64,000 bases of DNA from an uncultured virus (IMG/VR IMGVR_UViG_3300021962_000038). Lineage: Duplodnaviria; Heunggongvirae; Uroviricota; Caudoviricetes. Position numbers and translations under genes: made by a program. Of the stretch, positions 1 to 9,138 are shown piece after piece (positions within the stretch are counted from its first letter, which is position 1; every line of letters starts with the position of its first letter). The stretch lies in IMG/VR virus record IMGVR_UViG_3300021962_000038, one strand, 5' to 3'. Under the pieces are notes generated by a model, which was given only the letters and a program-made list of their open reading frames with translations, made no database searches and had not been told where the DNA came from.

Positions 1-1
1 A

Positions 2-403
2 CCCAAACTCCAAACCCTACAAGAACTTCAGCATATCCCACGCTACGCCGTGCAATGTTGGGTCAATAAGTTATATTTCAACGAGTTCCTACCACTCCAT
101 TGTCACGAGGACGAAGACACCACGAGCCGATTTTATGCATCGACTGTCTTTCTCGGTGGCCCAGTAGAGACAGGCACATGGTACGAACCCATAGGCATAC
201 GACAGAATAGTATCGGAGAACTGCAAATCGCCTCCTCGGATGTACTGCATAAAGTCCCCAAACACCTATTCAAAGAACCAAGAATATCCCTTGCCATGGA
301 TATCATAATCGATAAGCATAAACTACAAGATATTGAAGAGAAACAGCATGCCGGCATACTGTATGAGAGACGATTTATGTTCTTTGAAAACGCAAATGCA
401 TAG
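2..403 (+). CDS. Putative 2OG-Fe(II) oxygenase/cupin-like protein, 5'-truncated by the window edge
   Basis: Frame is open from base 2. Contains CWVN..HCH..ASTVFL, resembling phage 2OG-Fe(II) oxygenase-like proteins. Confidence 0.4.
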   Translation, partial: PKLQTLQELQHIPRYAVQCWVNKLYFNEFLPLHCHEDEDTTSRFYASTVFLGGPVETGTWYEPIGIRQNSIGELQIASSDVLHKVPKHLFKEPRISLAMDIIIDKHKLQDIEEKQHAGILYERRFMFFENANA

Positions 404-842
404 GTAATATCACATTGATAATGGATACACTTCGCCATGTATTCGTATCATTCCTATAACAATGTGGTAAACTGTTCTCATCATTGATAAACCAATAACC
501 ACAGTTATTTTTCCATTCCACCTCAAAATCCTCAAAAATCGTTCCATTACCATGCAAACCATGATAAATGATCAATGTATAGAGTTTCTTCGGTGTATCT
601 CTATGCCAATCAAAGAAAGAATATGGGGGTGACATACGAATACGGTGTGAGATACGGTGAGTTTGTGGATCGTATGCAGGAAAGGTGTTTTTGATAAAAT
701 GCGTGGTATGCTCGGAATGACTTAGGTAGATCGTCTGTTTATCCGTGGTAGGATTGGCTGCATGAGACTGTATCTGAGCATCTATATGGGCGAGTTCAGG
801 GGCTGGAAAGTAGTCGTTTATTATATTTACGGACATAGTCAT
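375..842 (-). CDS. 2OG-Fe(II) oxygenase family protein
   Basis: WHRD (HxD) ... LIIY ... distal H (LPHCY) ... R-S. Likely start is MTMSV near 842 rather than 965. Confidence 0.6.
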   Translation of the reverse strand: MTMSVNIINDYFPAPELAHIDAQIQSHAANPTTDKQTIYLSHSEHTTHFIKNTFPAYDPQTHRISHRIRMSPPYSFFDWHRDTPKKLYTLIIYHGLHGNGTIFEDFEVEWKNNCGYWFINDENSLPHCYRNDTNTWRSVSIINVILPMHLRFQRT

Positions 843-991
843 GTATGTAGGAATATAATAGTGTGTGAAAGTGTGGTAAAGTGTGAAAAATAATGGGATT
901 TGTTGATCGTGGGAAAAAGTGGATTTTTTTGGTTTTGCTTGGTTGTTCTTGGAGATCCTAACCACTTATTTACTTGAGAGTCAACACCCAG

Positions 992-1061
992 CAAACCCAA
1001 GCACAGTAAGGGTTTCAGAGCACCCCCCCAAACCCAAGCACAGTAAGGGTTTCAGAGCACC
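992..1061. repeat. Two identical 33-bp direct repeats (period 37), each containing an AAACCC...GGGTTT inverted repeat
   Basis: caaacccaagcacagtaagggtttcagagcacc at 992-1024 and 1029-1061. Confidence 0.95.
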
Positions 1062-1094
1062 TCAGAGAAACCCTGAAAAATCTCTGTGAAAACC

Positions 1095-1124
1095 TTGACA
1101 ATACCCCTCACTTTTTGATACACT
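1095..1124 (+). promoter_or_regulatory. sigma70-type early promoter TTGACA-18-TACACT with TCACTTTTT spacer motif
   Basis: ttgaca atacccctcactttttga tacact. The same architecture recurs at 16253, 17353 and 18814. Confidence 0.8.
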
Positions 1125-1151
1125 TATAGTATGGTAAAACAAGGTGATAAA

Positions 1152-1280
1152 ATGAAAGGTTATGTTCTGACTGTAGGGAATAATGTTTACTACTATGATA
1201 ATGAGAAAGCTGCACGGAAAGCCTTTCATCTATCAGTAGTAAAGAACGGTTTAAACAATGTGAGGATTACAGTATGCTAA
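1152..1280 (+). CDS. Small early hypothetical protein (42 aa)
   Basis: ATG after AAGGTG SD. Directly behind the early promoter and overlaps the next ORF. Confidence 0.55.
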   Translation: MKGYVLTVGNNVYYYDNEKAARKAFHLSVVKNGLNNVRITVC

Positions 1281-1492
1281 GTATAAGTGCTTTTAATAAA
1301 GATGAATATCCTTTTGATTCTGCTGTCAGAGTGGTGTCTAACTACGGTGACGGTGACCTTCTAAAGGGAATGAAAGCAATCAAAGAGATATATTTGAACG
1401 GTGATGACGATACAGAAGACGCGTATCACATAGAGTTCAACTGTTATAATGCAGTCTTCAAACCAATGTCGGAGATGTTTCATGGTAAGTAA
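1274..1492 (+). CDS. Early hypothetical protein
   Basis: ORF with GAGGA SD in a tightly packed early operon. Confidence 0.7.
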   Translation: MLSISAFNKDEYPFDSAVRVVSNYGDGDLLKGMKAIKEIYLNGDDDTEDAYHIEFNCYNAVFKPMSEMFHGK

Positions 1493-1781
1493 TAATGATA
1501 ATAGTTTTGTTGATCGTACTGTGGGTATAAAGAACCTTATTCTCAAGGCCCTTGATGTGCCTGAGAATGTAGAGAATGGTCGTGTCAATTGGAACTATGT
1601 GGATGCAGACATTCATGGTTGGAATCATGAATGGAATCTAGGGTTTACTGACAAGGAGTTACATAATGGATTGAACGCCTTTGCATGTTCTTTGGTACCA
1701 GCTCATCTGACCTGTACCTGTGCGCGGTGTGGATTGAATAACTTTCTTGGTGAACTCACTGAAGCATCTAAGGATTTCTAA
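1482..1781 (+). CDS. Early hypothetical protein (NWNYVDAD motif)
   Basis: ORF with GGAG upstream of ATG 1482. The NWNxVDAD motif is typical of small T4-like phage early proteins. Confidence 0.65.
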   Translation: MVSNNDNSFVDRTVGIKNLILKALDVPENVENGRVNWNYVDADIHGWNHEWNLGFTDKELHNGLNAFACSLVPAHLTCTCARCGLNNFLGELTEASKDF

Positions 1782-1792
1782 GCAAAAACCTA

Positions 1793-1821
1793 TTGACAGG
1801 GAAAGGAATATGAATTATAAT
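1793..1821 (+). promoter_or_regulatory. sigma70 consensus promoter TTGACA-17-TATAAT
   Basis: Perfect -35 and -10 with 17-bp spacing in an intergenic region. Confidence 0.85.
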
Positions 1822-2236
1822 TAACCTATACAGAGTGATCTGAGACACTCAGTGATGTCTACATTATGGTCTCAGGGGTTGATTACCGAACATCCAAGGG
1901 GGAAATGAGAAAGTCCCCCACTTACACTATGGCCGAAAAACAGACAAGCACTGTATGGATATACAGTATCGACACCAAGATAACCAATATCGATGGGTCG
2001 CACAAACTCGTGAAACGCTGTGAGAAACCTCTGAGCATGAAGGCAGGTCTGTCGTTGGCCTCAGAGCTGCACAAGCAGGGTCATGTGGTAGAGGTACGCA
2101 GGGTCTCGGAATAGCTCGGAGAAACAGTATTTTGGGACTCCTAGAAAAAATAGCAGGGGAGTAAAGTGGTACCCCAAAAGTCTCAAAGGAGTTCAAATAA
2201 ATCCAAGCAAAAAATTTTTCAGCAGCAAAAACCCTC

Positions 2237-2265
2237 TAGACAGCTCGTCCAACATCGAGTATAAT
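2237..2265 (+). promoter_or_regulatory. sigma70-type promoter TAGACA-17-TATAAT
   Basis: Near-consensus boxes preceded by A-rich AAAAACCC, upstream of the SD-led ORF at 2289. Confidence 0.7.
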
Positions 2266-2288
2266 AATGCTATAACAGGAGATAAAAA

Positions 2289-2624
2289 ATGGCAGAATTT
2301 TATGACGAAAGCAAATTCAATCTAAGACAAGACTGGTACTGGTCTAAGGTCATTGGTAAGAGAGACGAGTTGCAGTTCCAAGAAAACGAAGAGGAAATGC
2401 ATGATGTTCTCATGGAGTACTTAGAGTTGAATGATCTTGCAGACTTCACAGAAGAACACTTAGAACAATGCGAAGAGTTGGTAAGATACTTAGAGACACC
2501 TTATAGTGAAGGTGGTGCAGGTTACGATATGGATACTTCTGCACACTTCTATGCATTGTGGTATACAGTGAATCAATGGAGTGAACAGTGGCACGAAGGC
2601 AGTTGGCAGGACTACTATGGATAA
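2289..2624 (+). CDS. Acidic early hypothetical protein
   Basis: AGGAGA SD and 111-aa ORF. Confidence 0.75.
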   Translation: MAEFYDESKFNLRQDWYWSKVIGKRDELQFQENEEEMHDVLMEYLELNDLADFTEEHLEQCEELVRYLETPYSEGGAGYDMDTSAHFYALWYTVNQWSEQWHEGSWQDYYG

Positions 2625-2730
2625 TAACTGGCCTATACTCATTCTTATATTCTTTATGATAGTGGTTTCTGCTATCGGTGCGATATACACACCTGAGTTT
2701 GCACTCTATCCTATACCTGCATTACCGTGA
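2617..2730 (+). CDS. Small single-TM membrane protein (37 aa)
   Basis: MDNNWPILILIFFMIVVSAIGAIY...; overlaps the upstream stop. Confidence 0.5.
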   Translation: MDNNWPILILIFFMIVVSAIGAIYTPEFALYPIPALP

Positions 2731-2766
2731 TCTACAATCGTTTACGGTCTGCACCCTACGGTTACG

Positions 2767-3024
2767 GTGGTTACTATTGGAGACAATGGCGTGAGTCAAG
2801 AAGTTAGAGAAATACATGCACGGACTGCTTCGGTGGTCTTCAGTGGTTTGGTGATCAACTACCCACTCCAAATCCTTGTGTTGTATATACTGATTGATCG
2901 GTTCAGTGTGTTGGATAGTTTTTGGATTGCCACCTATTCAACACTGATCATGACCGTGTTTGCATACACAAGAGTCTATATCGTCAATCGGTTCTTTACT
3001 AAAAGAGGGAGACAAAAAGTTTGA
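2767..3024 (+). CDS. Small two-TM membrane protein
   Basis: Two hydrophobic stretches. Exact start is uncertain. Confidence 0.6.
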   Translation: MVTIGDNGVSQEVREIHARTASVVFSGLVINYPLQILVLYILIDRFSVLDSFWIATYSTLIMTVFAYTRVYIVNRFFTKRGRQKV

Positions 3025-3551
3025 GACTGGAACCCTATGTCGTAAAAAGTGTATTCAGTGATGCCGAGTGTTTGGATATACTGGATATCTGTAAATACAA
3101 AGAGTTGAAAACCTCAGGTATTGGTGTGCATAAGACCAAGGCTAAAGAGAGTATGATTCGTCAATCGAAACAGGCATGGGTGCATGAGATACAGGCATAC
3201 GAAGAAAAGTTTCTTCATATTATGAACGGTGTCAAGCAGGCTGTCCCTGATTGGAACCTAAGGTTTCTCTATCGTGAACCGTGGCAGTATACGGTCTACG
3301 ATAAGGGTGATCATTACACATGGCACAACGATCAAACGCATCCCTCAGAAGACGGTAGCATTCGTGCCTTGAGTACGATTTTGTTATTGCAGGGTGCAAG
3401 TAGGGGTGGCATATTAGAGACCTCTGAGGGAGTCGTACAACTCTCACAGGGGGATTGGTGTGTGTTCCCTTCTTTCTTAGAACATCGTGTCACTCCAGTC
3501 GAACTGGGTCAACGAATTTCTCTCGTAGGTTGGTATCGATGTCGTGCATAA
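3021..3551 (+). CDS. 2OG-Fe(II) oxygenase (PKHD/P4H-type)
   Basis: QYTVY..GDHYTWHND, GG.L, FPSFLEHRVTPVELGQRISLVGW. Confidence 0.9.
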   Translation: MRLEPYVVKSVFSDAECLDILDICKYKELKTSGIGVHKTKAKESMIRQSKQAWVHEIQAYEEKFLHIMNGVKQAVPDWNLRFLYREPWQYTVYDKGDHYTWHNDQTHPSEDGSIRALSTILLLQGASRGGILETSEGVVQLSQGDWCVFPSFLEHRVTPVELGQRISLVGWYRCRA

Positions 3552-3793
3552 ATAATTCCGTGGACTTTCATAAAGTAAGAGAAAAACTATTACAAGGTAA
3601 ACATCGGCTGGTTTACAATTCGCTTACTACGGAAGGAAAACAACACACCATGATCGCATCCTTGTTGAACACGAACATGTTTCTCCATCAATCGGAGAGT
3701 GATAAAATAATTGTGTTTGATGAAGAGATTCAAGCATGGAAAGATATAGAGGTAAGTACCATTGTCAGTATGGAAAAAGTGGATGGACTTTGA
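3539..3793 (+). CDS. Hypothetical protein (WYL/SH3-like fold candidate)
   Basis: IIVFDEEIQAWKDI resembles the small T4-like SH3-fold family. Start is uncertain. Confidence 0.5.
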   Translation: MSCINNSVDFHKVREKLLQGKHRLVYNSLTTEGKQHTMIASLLNTNMFLHQSESDKIIVFDEEIQAWKDIEVSTIVSMEKVDGL

Positions 3794-4076
3794 TCCTAAA
3801 GAACTAAAGAACAGTAAACGCATATTCAAGTCTGCGACACCGAAATACGATTTGTCGTGGTATGTCAAATGGATTGCATCCGTCTTTGTATTGATCGGTA
3901 TGTCGATGCGAGGCATACCTGAACTTGCCTTTCTTGATATGAGCTTTAGTATGATTGGTGTGGGATTATGGTTATGGGTTGCCATTCTATGGCAAGACCG
4001 TGCATTGATATTGTTGAACGGTATCGGTCTCGGTTTTCTAATTAACAATATGATAAAATTTTTAGTGGGGTATTGA
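3762..4076 (+). CDS. Membrane protein (3 TM; WYVKWIAS / WQDRALILLN family)
   Basis: Hydrophobic ORF with conserved-looking phage membrane motifs. Confidence 0.7.
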   Translation: MSVWKKWMDFDPKELKNSKRIFKSATPKYDLSWYVKWIASVFVLIGMSMRGIPELAFLDMSFSMIGVGLWLWVAILWQDRALILLNGIGLGFLINNMIKFLVGY

Positions 4077-4077
4077 T

Positions 4078-4299
4078 ATGTTGGATTGGTGGTTTTTTGA
4101 TATACCGATGTGGATCTTCGTGACCACATACAGTGTGATCTTTTGGTTTAGTGTGGGAGCCTTTGGAGTGTATTCCATCGAACGCTTTTTTGGAACAAAA
4201 CTTTCGAAGTGGTGGCGAGAGAAAGTCGTCAACCGTTATAAAGTAAAATCAAACTCAGGGGACGATACTTATATGAACCCTGACGATTGGGGAGTCTAA
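4078..4299 (+). CDS. Small membrane protein
   Basis: N-terminal TM segment in a contiguous operon. Confidence 0.55.
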   Translation: MLDWWFFDIPMWIFVTTYSVIFWFSVGAFGVYSIERFFGTKLSKWWREKVVNRYKVKSNSGDDTYMNPDDWGV

Positions 4300-4508
4300 T
4301 GGAAACATTTTTACTGCTTACTGCACTCATACTATTTTTAGATAGTCAAATGGTACAACCACCACTGATGGTTGAGCCACCTATTGAAGAAAAAACACAA
4401 GAGGTAAGAGAGGTGCCAAAAGATGCTGTCAATGTGACAGAAGTCATGGCACTAAAAGAAATATTAGAGAAGGTCGTTGATCTTCAAAAGAAAGAAGGAG
4501 AAGAATAA
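4299..4508 (+). CDS. Small protein with N-terminal signal or anchor
   Basis: TAATG coupling at 4297-4301 and METFLLLTALILFL. Confidence 0.55.
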   Translation: METFLLLTALILFLDSQMVQPPLMVEPPIEEKTQEVREVPKDAVNVTEVMALKEILEKVVDLQKKEGEE

Positions 4509-4675
4509 TGGATCTTTACATCGTACATCTATTGTACATCACTGCATGTGTATCCACTTGTTACTACATGGGATATCGAAACGGAAAACAAAAGGGTTCA
4601 AGACAAACTCTAAATATGTTGATAGCAGATAGATTACTATCAGCAGACAGACTGGAAAAATTTTACGGTAAATAA
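4508..4675 (+). CDS. Small hypothetical membrane-anchored protein (55 aa)
   Basis: TAATG coupling and AGGAG SD. Fills the gap before the carbamoyltransferase. Confidence 0.55.
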   Translation: MDLYIVHLLYITACVSTCYYMGYRNGKQKGSRQTLNMLIADRLLSADRLEKFYGK

Positions 4676-4678
4676 ATT

Positions 4679-5815
4679 ATGAATATATTGGGTGTGAATA
4701 TTTCACACGATACTTCGGTTGCATCCATTACGGATGACACCATCGACTTCGTTTTTGACGAAGCACGGTTCAGACGCCAGAAGTATTGGGAAGTGGATGA
4801 AATGATGAAACGCAACGAAGATGGACTGCAGTGTATTGTGCAACGCAATATTCCTACTCCTGATAAACTGATTGTTGCAACCTTTGATCGTAGGGGTGTC
4901 AAACTGAGTGTCCCTTACGAGGATATCGTGTGTGATCGTTTGAAGTCGATGGAGTTCTGTCGTGTATTTCAAAACGAACAACTCTCTAACGACACGATTC
5001 AAAAACTGATCAAGGATTATGAGATCACCGAAGAACGCATGGAAGACGCGGATGCATTGATTTCACAAGTCATTGCAGAACAAGTCGGACTTAAAAAATT
5101 TCACTTAGACTTTGAACATCACCTGTATCATGCAGAGTGTGTTCATGCACTGTCACCATGGAAAGGTGAAGAGTGTCTTGCAGTCGTATGGGACGGTGGT
5201 GGTGTGTATGCAGAGTACGACACTTACCCCACTCATCAAGAAATGGAAACACTCTATCATTGTGTGCCAGGCAAGACACCAAGAAAAATATGGCAACGAT
5301 TATCCAACCATCGTTTTCTTATCGACATGGGGTGGACATTCCCTAACCTTCCTTACGATTGTTTGGTCAACTGGGAAGATGAGATCATAGATCGAGACGG
5401 TGTGGAGATTGTTATTTCTTCACGACCATCCTCAGGTATGAACTTTAGTAATCTATCCAAAGTGTTTGGTTGTGATAATCAAGGAAGAGCTGCAGGTAAG
5501 ATCATGGGTATGGCAAGTTACGGTTCCGTTCATCCGAATGCATTCAATCAATACTCGGTTGCACAACAATGTGAATTAGAATCGTTGACCAACTCCGTCA
5601 ACATCATACAAAAAGGTATCGACATGCTTCCTCATGTCAATAAAATTCTTTTGAGTGGTGGGTACTCATTGAACTGTACCAACAACTACAAGTATCTCTC
5701 TGCATTCCCTGAGCATAAATTCTTTGTGGATCCTATTCCTCATGACGGTGGAACCGCACTGGGTGCATGTATGTGGTTGAAACGACATCTGAAACAAGGA
5801 GACAACAATGATTAG
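4679..5815 (+). CDS. Carbamoyltransferase, N-terminal Kae1-like domain (NodU/CmcH family)
   Basis: ILGVNISHDTS, EARF.R.K, EHHLYHA, WDGGG, GKIMGMASYG, SGGYSLNC..N, P.PHDGGTALG. Confidence 0.92.
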   Translation: MNILGVNISHDTSVASITDDTIDFVFDEARFRRQKYWEVDEMMKRNEDGLQCIVQRNIPTPDKLIVATFDRRGVKLSVPYEDIVCDRLKSMEFCRVFQNEQLSNDTIQKLIKDYEITEERMEDADALISQVIAEQVGLKKFHLDFEHHLYHAECVHALSPWKGEECLAVVWDGGGVYAEYDTYPTHQEMETLYHCVPGKTPRKIWQRLSNHRFLIDMGWTFPNLPYDCLVNWEDEIIDRDGVEIVISSRPSSGMNFSNLSKVFGCDNQGRAAGKIMGMASYGSVHPNAFNQYSVAQQCELESLTNSVNIIQKGIDMLPHVNKILLSGGYSLNCTNNYKYLSAFPEHKFFVDPIPHDGGTALGACMWLKRHLKQGDNND

Positions 5816-6398
5816 AACAGAAATAGTCAGAGACTTAGATACGGTATTAGACTTATTGATTGATCAACAAAAGATTGTTGCGATCTTTCAAGGCGAGTCC
5901 GAATGGGGCCCTCGTGCATTGGGTAATCGATCTATCATGTTTGATCCACGACATCCTGAAGCAAAACAAATTGTCAACGGTGTGAAGAAACGAGAAGACT
6001 ATCGTCCTTTTGCAGGAAGTGTATTGGCTGAACATGCACACGAATGGTTTGAAATGTTGACACTGGATGATTCCCCATGGATGTCTTTTGCGATTCAAGC
6101 AAAACAAATTGCATACGAGAAGATACCAAGTATTGTCCATGCAGACGGAACCTGTCGTATTCAAACAGTGACACGAGAACAGAATGCAAACTACTACGAC
6201 TTGATCAAAGGGTTTCATGGTATCACGGATGTTCCTGTTATCTTCAACACTTCATTCAACCTAGGTGGTGAAGCATTAGTAGAGACTATCTACGATGCAA
6301 TCGACACTTGCAATCGTAGTGAGATAAACTTTCTCTATGTTCCTGAAGATCAGGATATTCATATTCCTTTTGAACTTATCAAACCAAAACATTTCTAA
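5808..6398 (+). CDS. Carbamoyltransferase, C-terminal YrdC-like domain
   Basis: FQGESEWGPRALGNRSI, KKREDYRPFA, HADGTCRIQTV, NTSFNLGGE. Confidence 0.93.
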   Translation: MIRTEIVRDLDTVLDLLIDQQKIVAIFQGESEWGPRALGNRSIMFDPRHPEAKQIVNGVKKREDYRPFAGSVLAEHAHEWFEMLTLDDSPWMSFAIQAKQIAYEKIPSIVHADGTCRIQTVTREQNANYYDLIKGFHGITDVPVIFNTSFNLGGEALVETIYDAIDTCNRSEINFLYVPEDQDIHIPFELIKPKHF

Positions 6399-6727
6399 TG
6401 GAACTAGGTATCACAAATGAGGCAATTGAAAAACTACTTGAGAAGAAAGCTAAACTCAATTTCACCTACATCCGATTGGGTGTTACTGGTGGGGGGTGTA
6501 GTGGTTTTAAATATGTCTTTGACACTGATGATGTATTTGACGAGAGTATAGACGAACTCGTTGACATGGGTCAACTGCAGTTCGTAGTTGACAAACATTC
6601 CCTTCCCTACTTAGACGGTATGACCTTAGACTTCAAAGTCGAAAGGTTCAACGAGTATTTTGATTTTATAAATCCCAAAGAACAAGCATCGTGTGGATGT
6701 GGTGAAAGTATTACCTTTACTATATAA
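6398..6727 (+). CDS. iscA: Iron-sulfur cluster assembly accessory protein (IscA/HesB family)
   Basis: GGGCSGFKY and C-terminal NP...SCGCGESI. Confidence 0.92.
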   Translation: MELGITNEAIEKLLEKKAKLNFTYIRLGVTGGGCSGFKYVFDTDDVFDESIDELVDMGQLQFVVDKHSLPYLDGMTLDFKVERFNEYFDFINPKEQASCGCGESITFTI

Positions 6728-6730
6728 ATA
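6723..6730 (+). promoter_or_regulatory. T4-type late promoter TATAAATA
   Basis: Exact consensus, 11 nt before ORF 6742. Confidence 0.7.
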
Positions 6731-6741
6731 GTATTATCGTT

Positions 6742-7071
6742 ATGAAAACATCAAGTGCAAAAGCAAAAGGTCGTAGACTACAACAATGGGTTGCAACCAA
6801 ACTTGTTGAACACTTAGGAGTTGATGCAGAAGATTTAGAATCAAGACCTATGGGTTCCTCAGGTGAAGATATCATTATGGGAAAACTCACTAGACAAAAG
6901 TTTCCCTATAGTGTAGAATGTAAGAATCAAGAAGCAGTGAATGTGTGGAAAGCATACGAACAGGCAGAGTCAAACTGTAAAGGATACGAACCTGTCGTGG
7001 TGATCAAAAGAAATAATCACAAACCCTTGGTTGTTGTGGATGCAGAGTATTTTATCGGATTACATAAATGA
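6742..7071 (+). CDS. PD-(D/E)xK nuclease, Holliday-junction-resolvase-like
   Basis: SAKAKGRRLQ, GEDI, SVECKNQE, PVVVIKRN. Confidence 0.75.
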   Translation: MKTSSAKAKGRRLQQWVATKLVEHLGVDAEDLESRPMGSSGEDIIMGKLTRQKFPYSVECKNQEAVNVWKAYEQAESNCKGYEPVVVIKRNNHKPLVVVDAEYFIGLHK

Positions 7072-8453
7072 AAAGTTTTTTAGAGGCTGTCAAAGGAGAC
7101 GACAAAGTTACGAACAATAAGTTTCGTCTAGTTGTCTTGGCTAACCGTCCTAAAGAACAAACCGATAAGTCTACCTCATTCAAACTAGTCAAACAAGCAG
7201 AGAAGATGGGCATCGAAGTTTATAACTGTCGTATCAACGGTGCATTCATCAATAGAGATCAAGACACTGAGGTCATCACCATTCACAACGAGGGTGATGA
7301 TAAAGGTTTTGAATTGGATATGGATACACTAGTTCTTGTTCGTGGTAATGTTACACAAAAAGATTCTTACATGGATTTGATTTCTCAGATTGAGAGATAC
7401 GGTATTGCAATATCAAACTTCCGTGAAACTATTGAAGTATGTTCAGATAAGTTCCGTGCATATCTTCGTTTACAAGAGGTGGGTATGAACCAACCTCGTA
7501 CCGTATTGATACCAAGTGATGATCCTGAAGCAGTCAATCGTGCTCATGAAGCACTTGATGATAAGTTCCCTATGGTGTTGAAAACATTGCAGGGTTCTAA
7601 AGGTGTGGGTGTTCTGTTGATTGAAACAGAGAGATCACTCCAGTCTACCGTACAATTGATTGCAAAGATTGATCCTTATGCAGACTTACTCTTACAAGAA
7701 TACATCGAAGAAGACTACGATGTGAGAGTTATTATCCTCAATCGTAAGATCATAGGTGCAATGAAACGACCTAAGATTATTGATGACTTCCGTTCTAATG
7801 TCTCTCAGGGTTCTAAACCTACAGAGATAACACTTACAGAGAAAGAGAAGGATGCAGCCTTGAACGCTGCAAAAGCAGTAAATGGACAATGGGTAGGTGT
7901 GGATTTCATGCCTGCAAAAAATAGAGAAACTGGTGAACCTTATATTATTGAGATCAACCACTCGCCTGGCACCGAAGGTATATCCAGTGTGATAGGTGAA
8001 GACATCAATAGAATTGTGTTAGAAGAATTCTTTGATAGAGATATATGGAAGAAGGCTGCAACTGAATGTGGTGTGTTAGAAACCATAGAAATCGAGGGTG
8101 AAGAACTAATGGTCAAACTCGATACTGGTAATAACACAACGGTGTGTTCCCTTCATGCAGAGGACATCGTAATCAAAGGAAAGAATATCTCATGGAACAC
8201 ATACGGAAAAAAATATACCAAACCACTTGAACGAACAATCGAACTATTGAAACCTGCAGAGAAAAGACCAGTAGTCTTGCTGGATGTAAAATTTCTAAAT
8301 AAGAACTATGAGGTGGAAGTCTCGTTAGATAAGAGGAACCAAATACCCTTCCTTGCAAACAGAGATTTTATGAAACGAGCAAACCTTATGATCAATCCTG
8401 CAAGGAAGTTTATGTTGACGAAGAAAGTGGATTATGACAAGTCAGAAGATTAG
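7068..8453 (+). CDS. rimK: RimK-family ATP-grasp ligase fused to a C-terminal RimB-like retropepsin-type protease
   Basis: DKF..Y..L, P.T, KTLQGSKGVGV, QEYI, DVRV, DFRSNVSQG, GVD, EINHSPG; then KLDTGN...SLHAEDI, RPVV, FLANRDFM, INP. Confidence 0.88.
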   Translation: MKSFLEAVKGDDKVTNNKFRLVVLANRPKEQTDKSTSFKLVKQAEKMGIEVYNCRINGAFINRDQDTEVITIHNEGDDKGFELDMDTLVLVRGNVTQKDSYMDLISQIERYGIAISNFRETIEVCSDKFRAYLRLQEVGMNQPRTVLIPSDDPEAVNRAHEALDDKFPMVLKTLQGSKGVGVLLIETERSLQSTVQLIAKIDPYADLLLQEYIEEDYDVRVIILNRKIIGAMKRPKIIDDFRSNVSQGSKPTEITLTEKEKDAALNAAKAVNGQWVGVDFMPAKNRETGEPYIIEINHSPGTEGISSVIGEDINRIVLEEFFDRDIWKKAATECGVLETIEIEGEELMVKLDTGNNTTVCSLHAEDIVIKGKNISWNTYGKKYTKPLERTIELLKPAEKRPVVLLDVKFLNKNYEVEVSLDKRNQIPFLANRDFMKRANLMINPARKFMLTKKVDYDKSED

Positions 8454-9138
8454 TATTCAAGAAAGAATGAGAAACAAGGCACTCAGTGCCATGGATCATG
8501 TCGAGTTTGAAATTGATAAAATCATGGACAATCATAAGTCCAACTTCTCTATGTACGACTATCTCAAAAAACTAGACTACAGTTCTCGTGTCATAGAACA
8601 CATGAAAGGATACTTTGAGAATACAATCTTCGAACTCAAGAACGAAGAAGAATGTGAACAGTTGGATGAAGCCTATAGTTTTCTAAAGAATAAAGACTAC
8701 ACTATAAAATTTATAGAAAGTATAGAAAAGGATATTGTCCGATATTGTGATGATTACAAACCAGTCCGTAGGGTTCGTATCAAGACCCCTGCTCAACTCG
8801 TAAAGAAATTACCATTTGCAAAAAGGTTTACCAAATACGATAGTGTAAACCCTGAGGATATTATCCGTGCAAAAATGTTATACACTTACAACACTTCAAA
8901 TAAAAAACTCACTTGCTTTGATGCAGGTATGGGTGGACTATCCGTCAAAGGATCTCACATAATTGGATTTCAGAAATGTGAAGAAAAGACCTTGACAGAT
9001 TTGAAGTTATTGGATAGACTAATTAAAGGTGGTAATACTATTGCAAAAAATTTCTTAGACGAGATACCAAGAAGTAAACGAAAAGAAGGAAACAACAGGA
9101 TTACCAAAAATACATTATTAGCTAAAGTGATTAAATGA
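8434..9138 (+). CDS. Conserved T4-like hypothetical protein upstream of rnh
   Basis: SIQERM, QLDEAYS, GLSVKG, RITKNTLL motifs. Confidence 0.7.
   Translation: MTSQKISIQERMRNKALSAMDHVEFEIDKIMDNHKSNFSMYDYLKKLDYSSRVIEHMKGYFENTIFELKNEEECEQLDEAYSFLKNKDYTIKFIESIEKDIVRYCDDYKPVRRVRIKTPAQLVKKLPFAKRFTKYDSVNPEDIIRAKMLYTYNTSNKKLTCFDAGMGGLSVKGSHIIGFQKCEEKTLTDLKLLDRLIKGGNTIAKNFLDEIPRSKRKEGNNRITKNTLLAKVIK

Noticed and set aside
843..965. N-terminal extension of the minus-strand oxygenase to 965
   Set aside because: It runs through a low-complexity repeat tract, and a start near 842 fits the domain better.
992..1061. 33-bp palindromic repeats as a mini-CRISPR array
   Set aside because: Only two copies separated by 4 bp, with no spacer-length unique sequence and no cas operon.
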